Shown here piece by piece: positions 59,001 to 64,000 of a DNA stretch of 64,000 nt. Position numbers and translations under genes: made by a program. Numbering within the stretch: the first letter of the stretch is position 1; every line of letters begins with the position of its first letter. The notes below the pieces were generated by a model. The model had not been told where the DNA came from, did not search any database, and was given only the letters and a program-made list of their open reading frames with translations. Source of the DNA: an uncultured archaeon. GTDB taxonomy: Archaea; Thermoplasmatota; Penumbrarchaeia; JASLWR01. The stretch is from positions 279,107-343,106 of the forward strand of contig CAYFHS010000001.1 in the NCBI GenBank assembly GCA_964342815.1, given 5' to 3'.

Positions 59001-60418
59001 GGCTCGCCGAATATTTCCAGATGGTAATCGGACTGGTGATCTCCGGTATCTGGATCGGTGAAGTTCCATTCCAGCTTGGGAGTATTGTTCGCATGCCATG
59101 TGTTTGAGCCCGGTGCGAAAGGTTCCGGATCGCTCACGAGATCAAATTGTATTACAATACTATCAATACCGGGGGTCACATCCGGGTCCTTCGTGGTAAG
59201 TGTTGCGTTCCACATAAGCCTGGAACCCCGATCGTCGAATACATGCCAGCTATCGTTCTGCATGATCACCCAGTTTTCACCGTTAGCGGTCATGTTGTAA
59301 ACGATATTCGTTCCCTGGGGTTTGTATTCGAACCACGTCATCCTGGCCGCACCCACCATTGGCCAGTTTTTATATACCGGCTTGGACTGGATGGTGCCGT
59401 TGGTGAATCCCTCCAGGTTGCCCCAGACGTCCGCCACATTATCGAGGGCGAACGTATCTTTCCAACCAAGACCGGTAAATAGCCGATTATGGAAATAGTC
59501 GTAGCTTGCATCCACCACGTATGAGTTGCTTATGAAAACCTCGTTGGTGTAACTGTGAATTGCGCCAGTATCGCCGTCAATCCGATGAGTGATCCGGGCC
59601 TGGCTGTAGGCGACGGTGTAAAAATAATGGCCCACAGCAAAACACGTGCTGTAGCCGTTCTTGTGTGGAAGACCGTTTACGGTTCTCAGAAGATTCTCGT
59701 TAAGATCCCATACCTTGAGGGTGGTGTCGGACCACGTATAGATATATACACCGTCACAGGCAACCCCCTGCTGGCTGGGTCCGCGCCATCCCCAGCGGGA
59801 CGTTCTCGCATGCTGGATATTGCTCTGCACTGTAGCTTTGTCACCAAGGCGCACCTTTCTCAAGGTATCGCTTGCTTCGGATGACGTATAAAGATGCCCG
59901 TTGGCTATGAACATCTGTGTGGAATGCTGGGATTCGGGGACATTTAAGGTGTCTATCCGGTTCCTGTTATTGAAATAATCGGTCCAGTCATTGAATATCT
60001 CCACCGTGTTGCCGGAGCCCGCGTTCAGATGATAGTACCTGCCGTTCTCGTCCACCGCCATTGAATTGAAACCGTTGTGACCGACGTGGTGATCGTGCTG
60101 GGTAACCTGACGGATATTGCTCTTTGGCGTCCCCTGTCCTCTTAAATGAACGTCTTTGTTGTAAGTATCCACAACCACAGTCGTATTGCTGTAATCGATA
60201 TTATCCGTGGTCGAGAAATCCTCAACGAGTACATTGTCGTTACGAGTGATGGTTGAATGGACTGATTGAATCGATTCCTTTTCATGCTCGGGATCGATAA
60301 TTGCAACCAGATTCTCATTATCCATGGGAGGGTAAAAATATCCCGGGAACAGCAGCGGGAGAGTAAGCATCGAGGTAAGAAGAACTATGAATTTTCCTTT
60401 ATACGAGGTAGTTATCAT
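56063..60418 (-). CDS. Giant surface protein (1451 aa): olfactomedin-like beta-propeller, Ig/FN3-like domains, PKD, TSP3-like motif, TM helix, Gln/Gly/Tyr- and Pro-rich cytoplasmic tail
   Basis: Signal peptide; olfactomedin-like motifs (see findings); DSDGDTLPDWWE; TM YWLILLGISALVLLIIIMVIVLV. Confidence 0.82.
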   Translation of the reverse strand: MITTSYKGKFIVLLTSMLTLPLLFPGYFYPPMDNENLVAIIDPEHEKESIQSVHSTITRNDNVLVEDFSTTDNIDYSNTTVVVDTYNKDVHLRGQGTPKSNIRQVTQHDHHVGHNGFNSMAVDENGRYYHLNAGSGNTVEIFNDWTDYFNNRNRIDTLNVPESQHSTQMFIANGHLYTSSEASDTLRKVRLGDKATVQSNIQHARTSRWGWRGPSQQGVACDGVYIYTWSDTTLKVWDLNENLLRTVNGLPHKNGYSTCFAVGHYFYTVAYSQARITHRIDGDTGAIHSYTNEVFISNSYVVDASYDYFHNRLFTGLGWKDTFALDNVADVWGNLEGFTNGTIQSKPVYKNWPMVGAARMTWFEYKPQGTNIVYNMTANGENWVIMQNDSWHVFDDRGSRLMWNATLTTKDPDVTPGIDSIVIQFDLVSDPEPFAPGSNTWHANNTPKLEWNFTDPDTGDHQSDYHLEIFGEPEMENLIYNSSWVNSTKPEHTVGMKLDDGTYYWRVRTKDSFHAASNFSGLKKIMIDVTKPVGNITIEEGAATVNENLVDLAINATDNGSGMADMQIIGDRGNVGPWEAYSTEKRIALTQTDGLKKISVRFRDHAGIVSELYNDTVYFDLDGPGDITISSPTHPDEMMYYNSTLPVFQWEAPREVTGVKGYSYMLDGSPISEPTKVIYTPNSHLTGTFPGEFSGLADGTWYFHISCCDIYDQWSNATHFRINIDTSVPIISEIGPDGGQWFNQTSVDVYAIFEDPDSFGLDLDSIMYSYRKNGENSFSAWTADKLDYEFLERGIQDNPVKVRAEVKIDFFDGSENSYRWRIGDLAGNGPTASKNLNVKIDMTPVLFSSPVPDGQEIFLENMVLCGITLTDPGGSGVDGNTVEYCISSWGDKEEFYRNWTSVGNNMILESMDMLLDIRFEAGRDNHIRWRAKDAVGNGFTVSEGYRIHINSPPHPVIHKPRNDAIFEEGSFITMSANRSTDIDNDDLAFHWQIKEKTTKNIVFRGSDRVVTTVLDISGDYTILLYVDDGLGFNESTSVRIEIVAKPSKEEVEERWEDMTDSDGDTLPDWWEKINGLDPENPNDATDEYLETYQQELIKQKKQKVPEEGLFAKYWLILLGISALVLLIIIMVIVLVGRKRKKKKEAQSAAAEKERKWQGGQMGMQTPGTMGGPGQYDNYGQLSTQNSMVYPVQTSTLPMGQVVVSPYVGYQQQTGYGYQNQGYQSHIPPAQPVPTALPVQTGTTFGPPDGASYVLPAFPTDQGVLDLNRLALPEASSITEITAPGIPEIPGPDFPTTLEPVLPVSPASGDIADATPPEDEFQNLMMSIQAMETPGMASNANTVPVPMVKQELAGNTSSAPEMNPLLPPTTPPTAPIVEDVPPVNPMGPPTAPVVEDTAPVTPTGPPTVPIIEDAPPVNPTGPPTAPIVEDAPLVTPTGPPTAPPAPSPVPLS
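56090..56325 (-). repeat. Intragenic 51-bp (17-aa) repeat GPPTAPIVEDAPPVNPT, about 4.5 copies
   Basis: Visible in the protein tail and as ...gtcggtggtcccgt.gg. DNA units. Confidence 0.9.
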
Positions 60419-60586
60419 ATTTCCACCAAGGATTGAACATATGAACTATTTCACTGACTAACTATTATGGTTATTGTAGAACAATAAGTTTTCTATACAT
60501 TTTATGACCCTAAACTTAAATCACCTGATAACATCGGAATAATTCTATGGTTCTACAATAATTCCAAGCTTCTGAAAAAGTACTAA

Positions 60587-60612
60587 TACAATGTGATATA
60601 TATCACTTTGTA
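60587..60612. promoter_or_regulatory. 26-bp near-perfect palindrome, putative AbiEi operator
   Basis: TACAATGTGATATATATCACTTTGTA has one symmetric mismatch and lies 27 bp upstream of the antitoxin start; a related half-site TTGTGATA follows at 60628-60635. Confidence 0.7.
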
Positions 60613-60638
60613 TCAAATAAAGAAACATTGTGATATGA

Positions 60639-61268
60639 ATGAGAATGAATCCAATCCTTAAAAAACTCCACCTTGAAGAAAAGGAATTTGTCACCTCGTT
60701 TGAGATCAGGAACTACTGCGATATCTTTGATTATAATTATTATAACACGATCAGAAACCTCACCTCAAGAGGGTATCTGCTGAGAATCTTCAAGGGTGTC
60801 TTTTATCTGAAGACCTTTGACGAAGTAAAGCTCGGGAAAATGAAATACTCCCATCTGGACCTGGTATCGAAAGGACTTGAGCTTAAGGGTGTGAAAAACT
60901 GGTATTTTGGTCTCCAAACGGCACTTAAGCTGAATAATGCAACGCACGAACATTTCACTATGGATTATGTGATAAATGACAAACTTTTCAGAAGCAAACC
61001 CATTACTATCAATGGTTATAGATTTAAATTTGTAAAACTAAAGAAAGGACTTATGGGATTTGGTGTGAACCGGAACATAATTCAGTATTCCGATATGGAT
61101 AAGACCATACTTGACCTCATCTATATCTGGAGGTATAACGGAAAGCCTGAAGTAAAGATCATCGGGGATATTTCCGAATACAGGGATCATATCGTTCCGG
61201 ACAGAATAAACCAATATTCCATACATTATCCCAAAAGCGTTAAAAGAACACTGGAGAGGATTATTTGA
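60639..61268 (+). CDS. AbiEi-like type IV toxin-antitoxin antitoxin / transcriptional regulator
   Basis: N-terminal wHTH (L.SRGYLLRIFKGVFY), WYFGL.TAL.L...T and D..KT.LD..Y; coupled to a nucleotidyltransferase gene. Confidence 0.8.
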   Translation: MRMNPILKKLHLEEKEFVTSFEIRNYCDIFDYNYYNTIRNLTSRGYLLRIFKGVFYLKTFDEVKLGKMKYSHLDLVSKGLELKGVKNWYFGLQTALKLNNATHEHFTMDYVINDKLFRSKPITINGYRFKFVKLKKGLMGFGVNRNIIQYSDMDKTILDLIYIWRYNGKPEVKIIGDISEYRDHIVPDRINQYSIHYPKSVKRTLERII

Positions 61269-62200
61269 AAGCTTTTATTTCTGAAATAAGCAACTCTCTA
61301 AACATAATACGCGCCGATCTTGTGGAAAAAGACGTACTTCTTTAAAATATCCTTCTCTCATTATCGGAAAATGACTTCTATCGTAACAATTTCCTGTTCA
61401 AGGGCGGCACTTGTCTAATCAAATCGTATCTGGGATATTACCGATTTTCAGAAGATCTTGATTTTACCTGGAGAGATCAAAGTAAATTTAACAAGATGTC
61501 AAGTAAGGAATTGCGAAGGTTTCTTTCAGCGATAATCGATAAAACAGGTACGTTGCTTGAAGCTACTGCCAAATCATTCGGACTTGATTTCTTATCCGAT
61601 AAAAGTGATCGAAGATATATCGAATTGGGAGGGAGCAATAAAATCGTTACCTTCAAATTATGGTATGATTCAGTGATTTTAAAACATGAGGCTTTCCTGA
61701 AAATACAGATCAATTTTGTCGAGAAACTTTTATTCCCTCCGGCCAATCGAACTTTCGGAAGTCTGATCTCAAGTAAGGATCATGAAGATTTGGGATTGTT
61801 TTTTCCAGAAGAGTACGGAATATTTGTCCGAGAAATCACTTTCCCCGCGTATGACCTCCGTGAGATACTCTGTGAAAAAGGAAGGGCAATTTTAACAAGA
61901 AAAGGTAGTAAAGCCAGAGATTTTGTAGATTTGTTCATGATCTCGCAAGACCTCCATATAGTTCCAGATGATTTCAAATCGGAGATAATTGAAAAAACAG
62001 TTTTTAGCCTGAGCCTATATAAGAAATATCGTGAGAATTTGGCCGTAAAAAAAGAACTTTTTTCATTAGGTGATTATTTTGAATGGGGTGCTGAAAAAGA
62101 TTTTTTATTATGTGAAATTCCAATGGAAAAGTTTTACAACTTTGTGAAAGATGTGCAAAACTCTATTTTAAAAACGGCCAATGAGATTAGTGTTCTTTGA
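61265..62200 (+). pseudogene. AbiEii-family nucleotidyltransferase toxin with a premature TAA at 61343-61345
   Basis: The TTG at 61265 overlaps the antitoxin stop. The frame reads ...LVEKDVLL*NILL...FLFKGGTCLIK.YLGYYRFSEDLDF and continues into the tracked ORF 61496-62200 (LREILCEKGRAIL...ARDFVDL). Confidence 0.88.
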
Positions 62201-62349
62201 TATTCTTTTTTCTTTTTTATATGAGATAACAGTAAGAGTGCATTCCTTAACGCTATTGGATTATAGGAGTAAGAATATTGCGCGATAAGACAACAACGAC
62301 ATAAAAAATTCGAAAATGTAGAAATAACAACAAACATCTCACCAGCGGG

Positions 62350-63687
62350 ATGAAAAAGGGCATATACCGAAGCGTGGTGAGACTTTCCATACCGGCGATC
62401 ATTTCCAATCTCCTTTTTACATCCCAGATTATAGCCGATACGGTAATGTTGGGGCATTACAAATCAGCTGCAGTAAGCCTGTCCGCACTTGGTCTCGGCT
62501 CACTGATTTATTTCATGTTCTTTCCGGTAGTCATGGGCCTCGGAACGGCCACCATAGCAATAATCGCGAGAAGGTGGGGCGAGAAGAATTACCGCGAGGC
62601 AGGAGCTGTAGCCGGAGACTCCCTCATGACGCTCCTTGCAGTATCCATTCCCCTATCGCTCATAGGCTTCTTCATCGGTCCCTTCATAATTAACGCCCTT
62701 GGTGCCAGTGACTCGGTATTAACCGAAGGAACTAGATACATAAGGGCGATCTTTGCTTTCTACCCCTTCAGCGTTTTCATACTGTCGTTTCACGGCTATC
62801 TCCGGGCGGCCGGGGACACCAAGACCCCTATGTATGTGGATATCGTTACGAATTTATTCAATATCGCCATGAACTACTGCCTGATATTCGGAAAGTTCGG
62901 ATTTCCTGAACTGGGAGTATTGGGCGCGGGCATCGCCACAGGCACCTCATATCTCGTGGGATCACTATTTTATCTGATCTTGTACAAGCGCGGCAGTCTC
63001 ATTATCATTCCGAGATTCATACGGTCATTCGAGGAAAGGTGGAAGACGATAAAAAAAATGTTCAGGATAGGCGTACCCGCCGGTCTGGACATGGGTATGT
63101 GGACGATTTCCTCTCTGTGCATGGCCCCTATCGTACTTCGCTTCGGTGATGTGGGGTATTCGGCCTACCAGATAGGATTCAGGGCCGAAAGCATAGCCTA
63201 TATGCCGGCAATTGGCTTCGGGGTTGCAGCCACCACGCTGTCGGGCCAATTTCTCGGAGCGCGCCAGCGTGAAAATGCGAAAAAAGCCGTAATGATATCT
63301 ACACGGTTGGTTCTCATATTCATGGGCATCATAGGGCTTGTCATGATACTGTTTCCATTTCCCATTGCAAGGATATTTACGTCAGACAGCAAGATTCTCG
63401 GGAAAGCGGCGCTGTATCTTTTTATTGTGGGTTTTACGGAGCCGGGCCTTGGTGTTTTCTTTACCTTGATCGGAGGCATGAGGGGGGCCGGCTACACAAA
63501 AGTACCCATGGTAATAAACTTCTTCGGCCTCGTTGTGGTCCGGGTTCTGCTGTCATTGTTTTTCGCCTTTACACTAGGCATGGGCCTCTTAGGTATATGG
63601 ATTGCAATGCTTGTTGAGATCTATCTTCGTGGTATTGTGATATACTTGGTATTTAGGAAGGGGAGATGGATGGATGTGAAGGTTTAG
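62350..63687 (+). CDS. MATE family efflux transporter
   Basis: L.IPAII, D..MLG, IIARRWG, RAAGDTKTPM, FGKFGFPELGV.GAGIAT, GIP..L and L.G..RGAG.T motifs; about 12 hydrophobic segments. Confidence 0.95.
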   Translation: MKKGIYRSVVRLSIPAIISNLLFTSQIIADTVMLGHYKSAAVSLSALGLGSLIYFMFFPVVMGLGTATIAIIARRWGEKNYREAGAVAGDSLMTLLAVSIPLSLIGFFIGPFIINALGASDSVLTEGTRYIRAIFAFYPFSVFILSFHGYLRAAGDTKTPMYVDIVTNLFNIAMNYCLIFGKFGFPELGVLGAGIATGTSYLVGSLFYLILYKRGSLIIIPRFIRSFEERWKTIKKMFRIGVPAGLDMGMWTISSLCMAPIVLRFGDVGYSAYQIGFRAESIAYMPAIGFGVAATTLSGQFLGARQRENAKKAVMISTRLVLIFMGIIGLVMILFPFPIARIFTSDSKILGKAALYLFIVGFTEPGLGVFFTLIGGMRGAGYTKVPMVINFFGLVVVRVLLSLFFAFTLGMGLLGIWIAMLVEIYLRGIVIYLVFRKGRWMDVKV

Positions 63688-63856
63688 TATCCATAATTAT
63701 AACTATTAAGGATCTGTCTAATGGACAGGCTAGGGAAAAGGATGTGTATACGTGGACCCCCCAGAGCTTATCAAAGTCAGTCCGGTTTGTTTTCTCCCAT
63801 TACCCAATAAAGATTATTCTCTAGAAAGAAATGTGCGGATAGTATGTCCCTACAGA

Positions 63857-64000
63857 GAAGGCGACCCTGATGGCTCCCGTAAGGAGCTTGCTCCTGAGGG
63901 TGTCCGCTTTGCTACGCAGACCCCCCCGGGCTCTGCCACACCCTAGCCAAGCATGGCTACGGGAGAAGATACATTTTCAATGCATCGGAACGCAGTGGAC
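63857..64000 (-). ncRNA. Dispersed structured element, copy 2 (truncated by the window end)
   Basis: Inverted homolog of 18063-18322 that lacks the 117-bp internal block. Confidence 0.65.

Noticed and set aside
47657-61345. TAA reassigned to an amino acid, given two in-frame TAA interruptions
   Set aside because: TAA terminates intact genes here (for example at 14810, 18936, 32736), so nonsense alleles or errors are simpler.
1430-63479. Numerous short antisense or overlapping ORFs in the track (for example 23534-24574, 14021-14272, 56463-57257)
   Set aside because: They are shadows of long, biased coding strands (Ser/Phe-rich mirror images) with no recognisable motifs.

Overview
This window looks archaeal, most likely Thermoplasmatota (inferred from the archaeal-type GluRS, Cgi121, EndoQ-family PHP protein, DUF835, and many PKD/beta-helix surface proteins with a C-terminal TM helix plus zinc ribbon). 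Core genes are a partial gdhA, cgi121, gltX, an EndoQ-family protein and a MATE pump. Around them lie seven giant secreted or membrane-anchored modular proteins, a secreted LamG/pseudo-peptidase, a three-gene operon of giant alpha-helical super-repeat proteins, and an AbiE-type toxin-antitoxin pair whose toxin carries a premature stop. The least explained material is non-coding. (i) A roughly 480-nt hairpin-dense segment (7841-8320) sits next to a wHTH-like ORF and a 9 x 23-bp tandem array. (ii) A roughly 630-nt structured element (17697-18322) combines a 65-bp repeat array with a conserved domain that recurs, inverted, at 63857-64000. (iii) Two related hairpin cassettes flank an FG-GAP adhesin gene. 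Loci (i) and (ii) share a hairpin with a UC/URC internal loop and have strand-consistent G-U pairs, suggesting a family of structured RNAs or REP/MITE-like elements. On the protein side, the standouts are an olfactomedin-like propeller and a receptor-like protein with two cytoplasmic RING/PHD-type fingers. All family assignments are by-eye motif recognition; no searches or folding programs were run. No tRNA, rRNA, CRISPR array, integrase or transposase was recognised.
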